Shown: piece by piece, positions 39,788-52,970 of the stretch | How the letters are laid out: every line of letters begins with the position of its first letter | Position numbering within the stretch: the first letter of the stretch is position 1 | Assembly: GCA_043228905.1 (NCBI GenBank) | Contig: JBHGNT010000012.1 | Location: 2,480,001-2,544,000 of the forward strand | DNA from: Azolla caroliniana | Taxonomy: Eukaryota > Plantae > Polypodiophyta | Length of the DNA stretch: 64,000 nt | Direction of reading: 5' to 3' | The notes under the pieces: generated by a model | What the model was told of the DNA's origin: nothing | The model's database searches: none | Seen by the model: the letters and a program-made list of their open reading frames with translations, nothing else | Made by a program: the position numbers and the translations under genes

Positions 39788-40105
39788 AGAGAGAGAGAGA
39801 GAAGGAGTGAGACACAGAGTATACGCAAGGTAGATTATATTAACAAAGGAGAAAGACTCGACACAATACAAGGTGGGAGGAGAGTGCTTTATATAGTCAC
39901 CCTCTCTCTTCATTAATTACAAGACTCATGGAGCATGGGGAATGTGAAAGCTCATAAGTTATGTGTCATAGAATATGATTCTATGACTCATACTAAATGC
40001 TAGAATACAAAGAGGTGACATAATGGTGACTCTTGACCGTTGGAGTGTCTATTCACTCTCAAGGTGAGTTCACACACTAGACCAAGCTGAGCTTGATTCT
40101 CAACA
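39652..40105 (-). repeat. 5' LTR (454 bp)
   Basis: TG...CA next to the PBS. Contains about 42 TG units and a short (GA)n. Confidence 0.95.
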
Positions 40106-43100
40106 GTAACAAACGGCAATAAATATCACTTGATCCTTGCTAGTGAGGACTTTCACCCACATGAAACGGGTTTTTGGGTCTTTCTTTAGTATTTCTATCC
40201 TATTATTTATCTATCTCGGAAATAATATCGCAACCCCTCCAGACCCTCTAGTAGTGTGTCGACGTGAGGTGTACAAGAAGAAATCCTCCTCATTAGAGTT
40301 GATATTGATTCGACAGTTATTCAACATGAAGATGAGAGAGACGTATCCAACAACCTCCCACATCAACACCTTTAGTCGGGTGTTATCTGAACTCTCCTCC
40401 CAAGGGATTAACTTCGAAGAAGAAGTTAAAGCCCTTGGCCTCCTTTCGAGCTTACTGGCGAGTTGGGAGGTATTCTCGATAACCTTTGCCAATAGTTGTC
40501 CGAATCTAAATCTAAATGATACGATCGGACAAGTCCTCACCGAGGACATTCAGCAAAAATCGATGGGACTTACATTCGAGGAGTCGATAGAAGCCCACCA
40601 CTCGACCGAGCCGATCCAACAATCCAGCCGATCAAGATAACAAGTCAACCAAGAAAGAGGGGAGACCGACAACGGTCGAAGTCAAGGAATAGTCGATCAA
40701 GTGATTTCTACACTCATTGCAGAAAAATTGGTCACAACGTTTCTGACTACTAATCAATCAAGAGGAAGGAGAACGGTCGGCGATTCGAGCAGAACTCAAG
40801 ACGATCGGACTCGAACTGTTCTCCAGTCGGCAACCAAATCAACGTTGTCGACTCTTGATCAGGGGAAATCCTCGCTCTAGAGGACTCGATCATCGGAGAA
40901 GTCCTCTACAGTGCGCAAGACGCACAAACGTTGCTACTGGACTCTGGAGCCACATTTCACGTAACCCCCAACATCGAATGGTTTTCGAACTATTCTACCG
41001 GTGGCAACGACACATTCCGACTAGGCAATGGGCAAGAGTGCGCAATAGCAGGGATCAGAGAGTTCCTCATCCAATTGCTTAATGACAATACTATCACCCT
41101 GCACCGAGTCTAGCAAGTACCCGATCTAAAAAAGAATCTGGTCTCCATCGACATGTTAGCTGAAGGCGGGTACCGAACAACTCCTAGTGAGTCGTGATGG
41201 ACGATCAATGGCGGAAACATGAAAATCGGGAGTGGATGCAAGCTCAATAACTTGTATCCACTGATGACAATCAATCCAGAAGGGGTCATGAACATAGCCG
41301 AATCGTGGGACTCAAACCTATGGCATGGCCAACTTGGCCATATGTCACAAGTTGGACTAGACCTGTTGATGGCAATCAGCTAGATCCTGAAGCTCGAGAC
41401 AAAGACAGACTTTTGTGAGCATTGTCGTTACGGGAAACAAACCCAAAGTCCGCACTCTCTCCATTACGAGATGGTACGACAACCCCTAGAATTGGTCCAC
41501 ACAGATATATGTGGGTCGATGCCTGAATAGTCACTAGGAAGCTCTCGGTATTTTATCACAATCGTAGATGACTGTACATGGAAGTTCTGGGCCTACTCAA
41601 TTAGGTTGAAAGAAAAAGCGCTTGATGTCTTCTCTCGGTGGTTAGCTGAAGTGGAGAATTGATCAGGACATCGAGTGAAGACACTCTAGTTCGACAACAT
41701 AGGGGAATACACCTCCTGAGCCTTCAAATAGTACCGGTCCGAAAAAGGGATCCAAGACCAAAACACCGTTCCTTACACATCCATGCAAAATGGCGTGGCG
41801 GAATGAATCAACTGAACGATCTAGGAGAGGGTAACGACAATGCTCTAGTTATCCGAACTAAAGTTAGAATATTGGGCCGAAGCATTGCAGATGGTTGTCT
41901 ACCTGATAAATCTATCTCCGTCGAAAGCAATCAGGCTCGAAGTGCCACAGGCACTATGGTAAGGCAAAATGTTGACCTACGATAGGCTTTGTATATTCAG
42001 ATGCAAAGCCTATGTATTCATCCCAAGGAAGAAAGGGACCAAGTTGGCACCCCATGCAACAAAGTGCATATTTCTTGGATATGGAACCAATGAGGAATTC
42101 GACTATAGGCTAAGGGACCCTAAGAATCGGAAATTGATCCAAAGTAGCGACGTAGTCTTCAATGAAGACTCGATTCTCTTTGAACCAAACCAACCGAAAA
42201 CCGTCAGCAAAAAGGTTTCCTTGGAAATCGACAGAGATGTTGTAGAAGGACCGACCCACTGGCCTGAATCAGATATTCGACAAATAGTCGAAATCAACCG
42301 ATCCAACAACCCCCCTACTGAATCCGAATTGACAAGAGGTCCACTAGTTGAAATTGATTCGACCACAATATTGACAAGAGGTGAAAAAAGACAGAGTCAA
42401 AACAAACAAATCACCCACACAGGCCAAGGTACCAAAAGGTCGAACAGAACTAACCAAGGCACCAACCACTTTGTCAATTGATCCTTAAGAAGGGGAGGAT
42501 GATTCGACATCGTTGAAATCCTATTGCAGGGATGAGTCATCCAAAAGGACTCCTAATGACGGTTCAAGTAATATCAATCGGCCAAATGAGTTGATTGAAG
42601 AAATCGAACCAACAAAATCAGCACCCAGGAGATTCGGACGAGTCCGAAAGTCGATAGAGTTCTACCAACCGGGCCTCAACTACATCAATTGCACGAACGT
42701 AGGTGAGCCGAGCTCCTACAAGGAAGTTATAGAGACACCAGACGTCGACACATGGCTACAAGCCATGAAATACGAGATGGACTCGATTCATCAAAATCAA
42801 ACATGGGAGTTGGTCAAATTACCACCTAGAAGGAAGCCACTACCTTGCAAATGGGTCTTTAGATACAAATGTCTCTAATTCGGAAAAACCCAAATACAAA
42901 GCTCGACTCGTCGCAAAGGGATTCAAACAAGAAGACCATGGGGTCGACTACGACGAGATATTCTCAACAATAGTCAAGATGACCACCCTTCGACTTCTAC
43001 TTGGGGTCGTGGCGACTGAAGACCTAGAGCTTGAGTTGTTGGACGTCAAGACGACATTCCTACACAGAGACTTGGAAAAAGGCATCTATATGTCTCAACT

Positions 43101-43495
43101 AGCAAGCTTCACGACGATGGGGGAGGAAGGTCACCTCGTATGTCGATTGAAGAAAAGCCTTTACGGCTTAAAACCAGCATCGAGGATGTGGTACCAGAAG
43201 TTCAACTACTACATCAAGCAGCTTGGCTACCAACGGTCCGACTCTGACCTATGTATGTATATTCGGCAATTGGCCGACGAGTCCCCAATCTATCTGATCC
43301 TATATGTCAACGACATGCATTGTATGGAGCAATCGAGCAGATATTGAAAGATTAAAGCGGAGCCTTCATGACAAGTTTGTGATGAAGGAACTCGAACAAG
43401 CTCGACACATATTGGGCATGTGGATAGAGTGAAATCGGACAGCAAGGACCCTCCGGCTCTCCCAGTTCGACTATATCTGAAAGTTGTTAAAACGG

Positions 43496-44283
43496 TGTCG
43501 CGGAGATCCGCACGTGCGTGTCGGATAGGACGGGACCACATGGGTCTTGGACTAGGGAGTGAGAGAAGGGAAAGAAGCTTGGGAGTTTAACCGAGAAGGG
43601 AAAGATTAAGGTTAGAGAGGTTAAGATTAGAGACAAAAGAAGACAAGATTCATCGAATGATTATATTACGAAAACACCACATGAATTACAACCATGGCCA
43701 CGTAGGCCGAATGTAAACCCTCTAGATGAAACCCTAACCGGATAGGGGAAAAGAAGAAGGAGGAGGAGGAGGAGGAGGAGAAGAATGAAACCCTAAAACA
43801 AGATCCTAAAACCCGAAACCCTAAAACGAAATAGGGATAATTAAAACCTAATGGTCTAGTACCCTTAAACAACAAAATGGCGACCCCTTTCAATGGTGAC
43901 TCCTCACTCCCTTTTATAATAGTAAGGGGTGAGGCACATTACAAAGAGGGGCCAAATATTTCCCCAGTCAATGGGGAATATTTGCCTTGATCTTAGGAGG
44001 AGAGATTGATGGGGCCTTAACTCCCTCTCCTCACACTTTCAATTTAAACCCGTACCTCCATGCACTCCCCTTTAGTCTACATGTGTATGAGCCCCTAAGT
44101 ACACCTCACCTTTATACTTCACAAACTTTGTAGTGCACTTTTAACACCTTACTTTTTATCCTTCCTTTTACATTTGTTACTTATTATTATTTTACAAATT
44201 CCCTAGTACACGTGCAATGTTGCACAACTTGCTTTATTCGTTCCACTCAGGTTTTCTCACCATAGCCGAAAATCCTCACGACA
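43496..44283 (-). mobile_element. Solo LTR (788 bp), reverse orientation, related to 32885-33673
   Basis: Minus strand reads TGTCGTGAGGATTTTCGGC...CCCTAGTCCAAGACCCATGTGGTCCCG...CACGCACGTGCG...CGCGACA. TSD ACGG. The host Copia reads KLLKRFNMENVKP when it is removed. Confidence 0.9.
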
Positions 44284-44475
44284 ACGGTTTAACATGGAAA
44301 ACGTGAAACCAACTCCGTTACCGACGCCGATTAGACTATTGGACAAAGAATCTCCTTTAACAGATGAGGAGAGAAAGCTCAATGGAAAATTACCCTATGC
44401 ATCGGCTGTAGGAAGTATCATGTACGCAATGGTGGCAACCCGACCCAATCTTGCCTACATTGTGGGGGTCGTTAG

Positions 44476-45116
44476 TGTTGGGATTTCGGTCCCTCCGGAT
44501 GGGATGTCCGGAGGTGAATGACGGCAAGCCCGGTTGCGGTTACGGAACCGGAGGATGAAGAGTACCCGGCATGAAGCCGGATGAAGAGTACCCGGTTACG
44601 GAGCCGGATGATGAAGACCCCGGCTACGGAGCCGGATGACGAATGTACCCGGAGAGAGATCCGGATGCGGGGACATATTTGTGAATATGTTTGCCAAGGG
44701 CCCTTGAGGATATATTTGTAAATAGCCCGAAAGTCATATGTGTATAAATATGACTTAGGGCAGACAGTTTTGATGTTGTTACTCATTTTTCTGTTTTCCA
44801 TTTTAGGGAGTGAAGTGAGAGCAGCCGAGAGAGAGAGAGAGAGAGAGAGAGACGAAGAGGTCGTTGCCTCAGTGTATTACCACCGCCTGTGGTGAAGACA
44901 GTGAGCCCAAGGTTGTTGCCTTGTAGCTTCACCATTGTACATCTCTGCTTATAGTGATAGTTGGAGTCTGAGGACTCCCGTGGTTTTTCCCATTTAGGGT
45001 TTTCCACGTAAAACATCCTGTGTACTCTTCTCTCCATTATCTTCGTGCATTTTGTATTTCCTGTTTTCTGTGAGTTAATCCTATTCCTCGGTTGTGGCCG
45101 AGCACTGTGTTCAACA
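44476..45116 (+). repeat. 5' LTR (641 bp) with U3 tandem repeats
   Basis: TGTTGGG...TTCAACA. About four ~27-30-bp units ACCCGG(C/T)TACGGAGCCGGATGA at ~44527-44655, and (GA)13. Confidence 0.97.
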
Positions 45117-45147
45117 AACTGGTATCAGAGCGACGGTAACACAGAAA

Positions 45148-48100
45148 ATGGAAGGCGGCGGTAGTGGGCCTCCGGGCATGATGGTGTTGAACTCACAGAA
45201 CTACGCCGACTGGAAGATAAAGATGGAAGACCTTCTCATCGTCCGAGACCTGTACGAACCGATCGACAATGCCGAGATACCCAAGGGAGTAATAGAGTCG
45301 GAGTGGAAGCTCCTGAACCGGAAAGCCGTAGCGACGATCCGGCAATATGTCGATGTAAGTGTTCTGCAACATGTGGCGATCGACACCAACGCATATGAGA
45401 TGTGGCGGAAGCTGTAGGGCCTCTACGAGAGGAAGAATGCGTTGAACCGGACCTCCCTGATGAGGAAGATAGTGAACCTCAAGTACCGGGACGGCGAGAG
45501 TATGGTGGAACACGTAAGCACGTTCATGGGATTCGTGAACCAGCTTGCGGCGATCAAGTTCCCGTTGGAGGATGCAATGCAAGCCATCATCCTGATGTGT
45601 ACGTTGCCGGAAAGCTGGGAGAACTTGGTGGTGACTCTCAGCACCTCCTGCACCGAAGATAACTTGTCCTTACAAACGGTAAAGACAAGCATTTTGAACG
45701 AAGAAGCGCGTCGGAGAGATAAAGAACCGGCCTCCAATCCAAAGATGCTGCTTACCGAATCGGATCGGGGAAGACAACGGAACCGGAGTCCGCAAAGACG
45801 GGAGAAGTCGGGGACCCGGTCGCAGTCAAGAGGAAGGCCCACATGCTTCCACTGTGGGAAGCCGGGGCACTTTCGAAAGAACTGTCGGCATTACCGAAAA
45901 GACAACGGAGCCGACGATACCGATTCGAAGAAGTCACCGGAGCGAAACGGTGCATACCGGGGAGCCACGGACCGGAGAGGTCCGGATCGGCGAGGGCAGG
46001 ACCGGAAAGGAACGATGGCACTCGCGGCAAGTGAAGAAGAGATAATGCTCATTACCGAAGAGAGGGAGCTGATCCTTGCCGGTGAAGAGATGACCTGGGT
46101 GGTCGATTCCGGAGCGTCGTTCCACCTGACCCCGGAGAAGAAATACTTCTCATCCTACACAGCCGGTGAGCACGGCTGTGTCCGGATGGGAAATGAAGGT
46201 ACATGCCGGATTGCCAGCATAGGAGACGTGTGGCTGATGACATCAACCGGATGCAAGATGCTGCTGAAGAATGTCTGACACGTTCCGGAGGTTCAATTGA
46301 ACCTGATTTCGGCCGGGAGGCTAGACGATGAAGGCTACACGGGTAGCATCCGGAACGGTGTCATGAAGTTCAGCAAAGGGAGCCTGATAGTGGCTCGGGC
46401 CCGGAAGGTCAACACACTGTACCTGATGAATTCCCGACTATGTCCGGAGGAGCTGAACGTGGCAGCTGACACTGCCGGTGAGCTATGGCACAAGAGACTG
46501 TGCCACATGAGCGAGAAGGGGATGAAGAGGCTTGCAGAAGACAACCTTATTCCAGTGAAGCATGTGCACCTGGAGAAGTGCACCGATTGCCTGGCCGGTA
46601 AGCAGAACCGAACCTCCTTCCACTCAAGGCCACCGACGAGACGTAGCGCACCATTGGAGTTGGTGCACACTGACGTGTGTCAAGTAGAAACGAAGTCACA
46701 TGGCGGAGCCCAGTACTTCGTGAAATTCATTGATGACCACAGTCGGAAGCTGTGGACGGCACCGTTGAAGACAAAGGACCAAGTGTTGTGCGTCTTCAGA
46801 GAACTCCACGCCAGAGTGGAAAGAGAATCCGGCAGGAAGCTGAAAGCGATACGAGCGGATAACGGAGGGGAATACCGGGGGCAGTTCGCGGAGTACTGTC
46901 GCTCGAAGGGAATCCGGCTCGAGTTTACTGTGCCGAAGACGCCGGAACTGAACGGGCTGGCCGAGAGGATGAACCGGACCATAATGGAGAGGGTCCGGAG
47001 TATGCTAGCACATGCGAAATTACCCAAGGGATTTTGGGCTGAGGCAATGTCGACGGCGACATATGTGATAAATAGATCACCCTCAGTACCCCTGGATGGA
47101 GACACGCCACAGAGAGTGTGGACCGGTAAGGAAGTGTCCTACCGGCATCTAAAGGTGTTCGGGTGTCTTGCATACGTGCATGTGGCAAAGGACCGGAGAG
47201 GAAAGTTAGATCCAAAGACCCGGCCATGCATATTCCTCGGTTACGGCGATGACGAGTTCGGCTACCGAGTATGGGACCCGGTCGACAAAAAGATATTCCG
47301 GAGTCGTGATATCATCTTCATGGAGGACAAAACACTCGCCGACTGGGAGTCGGAGAAGAAGATGAAGAGCTCCAAGTCGACCGGTGAGGATCAACTCTAC
47401 GAGGAGCAGTCCCGACCGGCAAGGGACCGGTTAGCACTCGAGGATCCGGCCGAAGACGGTGAAGAAACAGAACCGGCCGAGGAAGATGAAACTGATACCG
47501 GAACCGGCCCCGATCCCGAAATGGATTCAGATGAAGAGGAAACGGAGGAGCCGGTTACCGAAGCACCGGAACGGAGATATCCTCTAAGAGAGAGAAGGGC
47601 CCCCCGGAGATTTCCGGAACCAGAGCACGTGCTGCTAACCGATGAGGGGGAGCCGGAGAGTTTTGAAGAAGCAAAGCTTGACACCCATAGCCGCAGGTGG
47701 TTAAGTGCCATGCAGGAGGAGATGGATTCCCTGCATGAGAACCACACATATGAACTTGTGGAGTTGCCGAAAGGAAAGCGGGCACTTCGAAACAAGTGGG
47801 TGTTCAAGCTGAAACCCGGAGATGCCGGAAACCCCCCGAGATACAAAGCCAGGATCGTGGTGAAGGGGTTCCAGCAGAAGAAGGGCGTTGACTTCGACGA
47901 GATATTTGCCCCGGTAGTGAAGATGACCTCCATCCGGACGGTGCTGAGCATAGCGGCAAGCATGGACCTCGAGGTAGAACAGATGGACGTGAAGACGGCA
48001 TTCCTTCACGGTGACCTCGAAGAAGAGATCTACATGCAGCAACCGGAAGGATTCGAGAAGAAAGGGAAGAAGCACCTGGTATGCCGGTTGAAGAAGAGCC

Positions 48101-49221
48101 TTTACGGACTGAAGCAGGCTCCCCGGCAGTGGTACCGGAAGTTCGACTCCTTCATGACCGACGAAGGGTACCACAAAACGCAGTCCGATCACTGCGTATT
48201 TGTGAAGAAGTTCGAAGGAGGAGACTTTCTGATACTCCTCTTGTACGTGGACGACATGTTGATCGTCGGACGGGACCAGGTTAAGATACGGATGCTGAAG
48301 AAGGCTCTTCACCGAACCTTCTCAATGAAGGACTTGGGTCCGGCGAGGCAAATACTAGGGATGCACATCATCCGGGACCGGAGGAAGAAGCAATTGTGGC
48401 TGTCACAGGAGAAGTACGTGACAAAGGTGCTTCACCGGTTCAACATGTCGGAAGCAAGACCGGTCGGGTCAACCCTCCCGGCAAACTGCAAGTTGTCCAG
48501 CAAGCAAAGCCTCAAGACAAAGGCTGAGAAGGAGGACATGATGAAAGTACCATATGCCTCTGCCGTCGGAAGCTTGATGTACGCAATGGTGTGTACCAGA
48601 CCGGACATAGGATATGCAGTCGGAGTGGTGAGCCGATACATGAGCAATCCCGGCAAGGAGCACTGGAACACGGTCAAGTGGATACTCCGATACCTGAAGG
48701 GCACGACAAACGTGTGCCTCCGATTCGGCTCCGGTAAGCCCGAACTCGACGGCTTTACCGATTCGGATATGTCGGCTGATGCAGATACCAACCGGTCCAC
48801 ATCAGGGTATGTGATGACGTATGCAGGGGGAGCTGTGTCGTGGCAGTCGAGGCTGCAGAAGACGGTTGCACTGTCAACCACGGAGGCGGAGTACATGGCG
48901 GCTGTTGAAGCCGGCAAGGAAATGATATGGATGAAGGACTTCATGAGAGAGCTCGGTATCCGGCAGGAGGAGTACCGACTCTACTGCGACAGTCAGAGTG
49001 CCATCCACCTTGCAAAGAACGCTGCCTACCATTCCCGGACGAAACACATCCAGCGTAGATACCACTGGATTCGGGAAAGGATAGAAGACAAGGACTTCGT
49101 GCTGACGAAGATCCACACGGACGAGAACGGGTCGGATATGCTGACCAAGGTGCTCACACCCGACAAGCTGGAAGCATGCCGGAAGAGGATCGGATTGGAG
49201 AGACATCCCATGCTGAAGTGA
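45148..49221 (+). pseudogene. Copia gag-pol, nearly intact (two premature stops)
   Basis: One frame from ATG 45148 to TGA 49221 with only TAG at 45415-45417 and TGA at 46276-46278. All Copia domains are present, including a 974-aa IN-RT-RH ORF. Confidence 0.93.
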
Positions 49222-49604
49222 AGGGGGAGTTTGTTGGGATTTCGGTCCCTCCGGATGGGATGTCCGGAGGTGAATGACGGCAAGCCCGGTTGCGGTTACG
49301 GAACCGGAGGATGAAGAGTACCCGGCATGAAGCCGGATGAAGAGTACCCGGCTACGGAGCCGGATGATGAAGACCCCGGCTACGGAGCCGGATGACGAAT
49401 GTACCCGGAGAGAGATCCGGATGCGGGGACATATTTGTGAATATGTTTGCCAAGGGCCCTTGAGGATATATTTGTAAATAGCCCGAAAGTCATATGTGTA
49501 TAAATATGACTTAGGGCAGACAGTTTTGATGTTGTTACTCATTTTTCTGTTTTCCATTTTAGGGAGTGAAGTGAGAGCAGCCGAGAGAGAGAGAGAGAGA
49601 GAGA

Positions 49605-52600
49605 AAGAAAGAAAGAAAGAAAGAAAGATATATTAACGTCTTCTAAGGCCAAAATTGGCCCATGAGACAAATGGTGTACAACAAAAATGGGATATTTACC
49701 CATTCATCGAAAGTAAAAATAAAAATAAGATAAAATAGAGTTTAAGCTAAATAGTTCTAAGAAAACAACAAACATGTTCTATATAAAAAACATGTTCTAC
49801 AATGAGAATGATTCTATACTAGGCCTAATTTCATTTCCATCCAAGTCTCTCGAAGAGAAGCGGGGGGTCAAAGGGTTGCCATGTGGATGTGGCCCGTGGT
49901 CCCCATGTAAGAGGTACCCCAACCATAGCTTCGAGTCGGCGTAGCTCACGTTCCCTTATCTTCTTAATCTTTTCTACTCCACGTTGACTTGTGTTGAAGC
50001 CCAACATCCGAGGACGTTTGGTTGCTCTTTGTATTTTTGCTTCCTCAAGGGAGAGGCCGAGCGGCATAAGTGTATCCACATTCATCGTCTCCCCATGTTC
50101 CTGAAAAATTACACTAGGTACATGTTGATGAGTAGTAAAAGGGTTATGATTAACACTTTGTAATTTATCCTCCCTATGTTGTTTTAGCTCTAAGATATAC
50201 CTACCTAGTCTCTTTACACTCGGGGTATCTAATAGTTTGGAGAGGGTGGGAGAGGGTCCTAGTATGTCTTGGTATTCCGCCCGTATCTCGGCATAAGTTG
50301 GGCACTTGCATGTGAAGTGATACTCATCCTCTATCTCTATGTGGCATAACCTACATAGCCTTTCCTCTCTAGGGACTCTATTAGCTCGACCATTCTCAAT
50401 CTCAAGTTGGTGAGATGATATCCTAAGTTGTCCAATGGCCACCCTTAGTGCATTTGATAAGAAAGTATCTAGGTATCTTGGTCGTGTAATAAACCCTAAC
50501 TTAGAGAAGTGCAAGAAGTGTTCCTTATAGTACACCATTTTAGATGGGAGTGGCTCTCGTGGGGTGATCCATTTGTATCGAGTGTAGATTTGCCATATGT
50601 CTTGGCGTATCACTTTATTACGATCTTCACGAGAGATTAAAGTTTGATCAGTCCCATGGTTGTACTTAAGGGGAGGTAGGTTATTAATGTCTATGCCATT
50701 TGCAAATAACCAACTCACCACAATGCTATACCAAGAGTTGGTGTCTCCAGACACATGTAAGGATCGGGATGCCTCAAAGGCTCGACGGGATATCCTATCT
50801 TGTGGTTGACTATGTATCCGATGAATAAAAGCTACCACTTGAAAGAGTGCTTCTACTAACATCGGGGGTAGGCTAAACTCCGCTCTAATAATGTCATGTG
50901 GTACTGTCGATTTGCTTCGGAGTTGACGTGATAACATCACCACTAAAGGTCTCTCCAATTGCGTCCACATGAAAGATGGTAGACCTGGAGCCCATACTAC
51001 TGATGCATACATGAGGGACGGGGTCACTAATGAGTCGAAAAGCCATCCCTTAGTCCGTGGCTCTTGAAAGTATGCTTGGTGGCATTGTCTCTCTAAGAGT
51101 GAGAGGGATGCATATCCTCTCGTTAGCCTATCTTTGGCTGCCTGGGTCATCGAGAATTTACCTGAGCGAGCACTAAAAGTGACTCCCAAGTATACATAAG
51201 ATCCCACCACCTCAACTAGTTTATGAGAGAGGATGAGGTGACATTTACTCCTAACTCTGGACGATGTATGAAAGATAAGGACTTTAGTTTTCGCTAGATT
51301 CACTACCAGTCCTCGTTGTGTACAAAAGTCATCTAGGGCATTAAGATGCTTTTGTAGGTCGTGTTCCGACTCCGAGAGCAAGACAATGTCGTCTGCGTAG
51401 AGTAAGAGACTAACTTGCGTATCCCCAATAGCCACTCCTTTGCCTCCCTTACGAGCAATAAAATCAGTGATCTCATCAATGTAGATCCCAAAAAGAGTCG
51501 GTGATAGGGGGCAACCCTGTTTTACACCAATGGTGCTAGTGAAACAATCGGATAGGCCACCTGGGCATCTTACGCGCCCATAGACTTGCTCATATAGGGC
51601 ATAAATGGCCCAAATCATGTCATTTGGTATCTCCAAGCTCTTAAGTCTATCAAACAACCTCTCCCTAGGAACTGTATCAAAGGCTTTGCGAAAGTCCACA
51701 AAGCAACAATATAGTTTCTTCTTACGAGCCTTTGTTTGGTCAATTAAGCACCTAAGTGTAAAGATGTGGTCAATAGTGGAGAAGGCTCGTCTAAAGCCAG
51801 CCTGCTCAGGTGCTCGAAGACTTAATGTTTCCATATAATCACTGAGCTCCGCTTCCATTACTGCACCATATAGTTTAGCAAGCGTATGACCTATCATAAT
51901 GGTCCTATATGTATTTGGGTCCATTGGGTCCCCTCCTTTATGTATAGGGGCCACAGTGTTCATGGCCCATTGTGGTGGAAAACCCTCGGCGAGGGCGCGG
52001 TTGAAGATTAGAGTGAGAAGGGGAGCTAGGCACTCTCGAGCATATATGATGTGCTCGGCTCGCAATCCTGTGTGGTCCATGGATTTCCTATGTTGTAATT
52101 TTTTTATGACCTTCGTGACCCTAGAGGTCGTGAAAAGTGTCCCCATGGTAGGTCGAGGTGTGGAGGGCATTGGAATGGGTGGTTGGTTCGGGACATGGTA
52201 GAGTCTCTCGGTATATGTGTGCCAAATATTGGGATCCTCGATGGGTGTTTGTGGTCTCGGTTCCCGTAGTCTCTTCCATGCAAGGGCACAATCCCTACTC
52301 ATGAGCATATGGTAGAGTTCCCAATATTGGGATGCTTCCCAAGCTCGTCTTTTACGACGTGTCATCTTGCGCATCTCTTTGCGAGCCTGTACTAAGGAGA
52401 TAGTACCACTGAGTCGCGATACTTTAAGTTGTCTATACAACTCTCTACAATCCTCGTCATACCACTTGTTTTGTGGCATAGACCCTATTCTACTATGATT
52501 GGAGTCTTTCGTGTATGGGAAGCTACTAGTGGCGGCTGAGTGAAGGATGTGTGTGAGTTCTGTAGTGAGGTTCTCTAAAGGCAAGGAAGAATCAAACGAG

Positions 52601-52970
52601 GAAAGATGGGCTTGAACATGTCGAGAGTAGATGTCCGCGAGCTCATGCGTGAAATGTATTATAGTGTGATGGGTTGGTTTACTAGAGTTGGTGGTGTGGG
52701 AGGTGTCACATTTTAGCTCAAAGTATAGGAAGGTATGGTCTGCCCCAATGGGGCATGGGGCCACCCGGAAGGAGCTAACCATGTGGGTAGCTTCAGGGCG
52801 TCCTATTAGATAATCAACGGTGCTTTCCCCTCCTCCATGTGGGAAACATGTGAGCTCTTCCGAGCCCGGCCACTTGGCTAAGCCATTATATATGATCATC
52901 TGGTGTCGGCTTCCAAGTTCAAGCAGATGATGGCCAAAGCTTGTGGCATCCGCACCTTGATCCTTCGATG
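49605..52970 (-). mobile_element. Very young 5'-truncated RTE/RTEX-like LINE with (CTTT)n tail
   Basis: Uninterrupted frame 49831-52970 with the APE C-terminus, RT (GVKQGCPLSP, LLYADD) and C-terminal RLCRLC...EDEYHF..KC. ~200-bp 3' UTR, then a tail seen as (GAAA)n on plus. Flanked by (GA)n on both sides. Confidence 0.95.
49831..52970 (-). CDS. LINE endonuclease(partial)-reverse transcriptase ORF, open but lacking its native N-terminus
   Basis: LINE-derived part (~1045 codons) of the 1179-aa ORF 49831-53370, with no internal stops. Confidence 0.8.

Larger units (their letters stand above)
34893..40105 (-). mobile_element. Ty1/Copia LTR retrotransposon with internal RT deletion
   Basis: LTRs 34893-35289 and 39652-40105, TSD GTAAC (34888-34892 and 40106-40110), PBS TGGTATCAAAGC (tRNA-iMet; 39640-39651), PPT TTGAGGGGGCG. 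Copia gag, protease, integrase, RT and RNase H fragments. Confidence 0.95.
32130..40262 (-). mobile_element. Older RTE/RTEX-like LINE, interrupted by a solo LTR and a Copia element
   Basis: Fragments 32130-32884, 33678-34892 and 40111-40262 encode APE endonuclease (GSGGVAI, CYFPP, LVGDFNA, STVDY, GADH) and RT (FVDFRKAFD, KQGCPLS). Closely similar to 49605-52970. Confidence 0.92.

Noticed and set aside
32880-44287. Reading the solo-LTR TSDs as 5 bp (ACCGT, AACGG)
   Set aside because: This would require using the terminal A of the LTR's CA end, which the full-length element shows belongs to the LTR. A 5-bp reading also fails at 14781-21841.
46276-46278. TGA as a programmed readthrough site
   Set aside because: The sister element has CGA here (KDVRHVPE), so this is ordinary CpG deamination.
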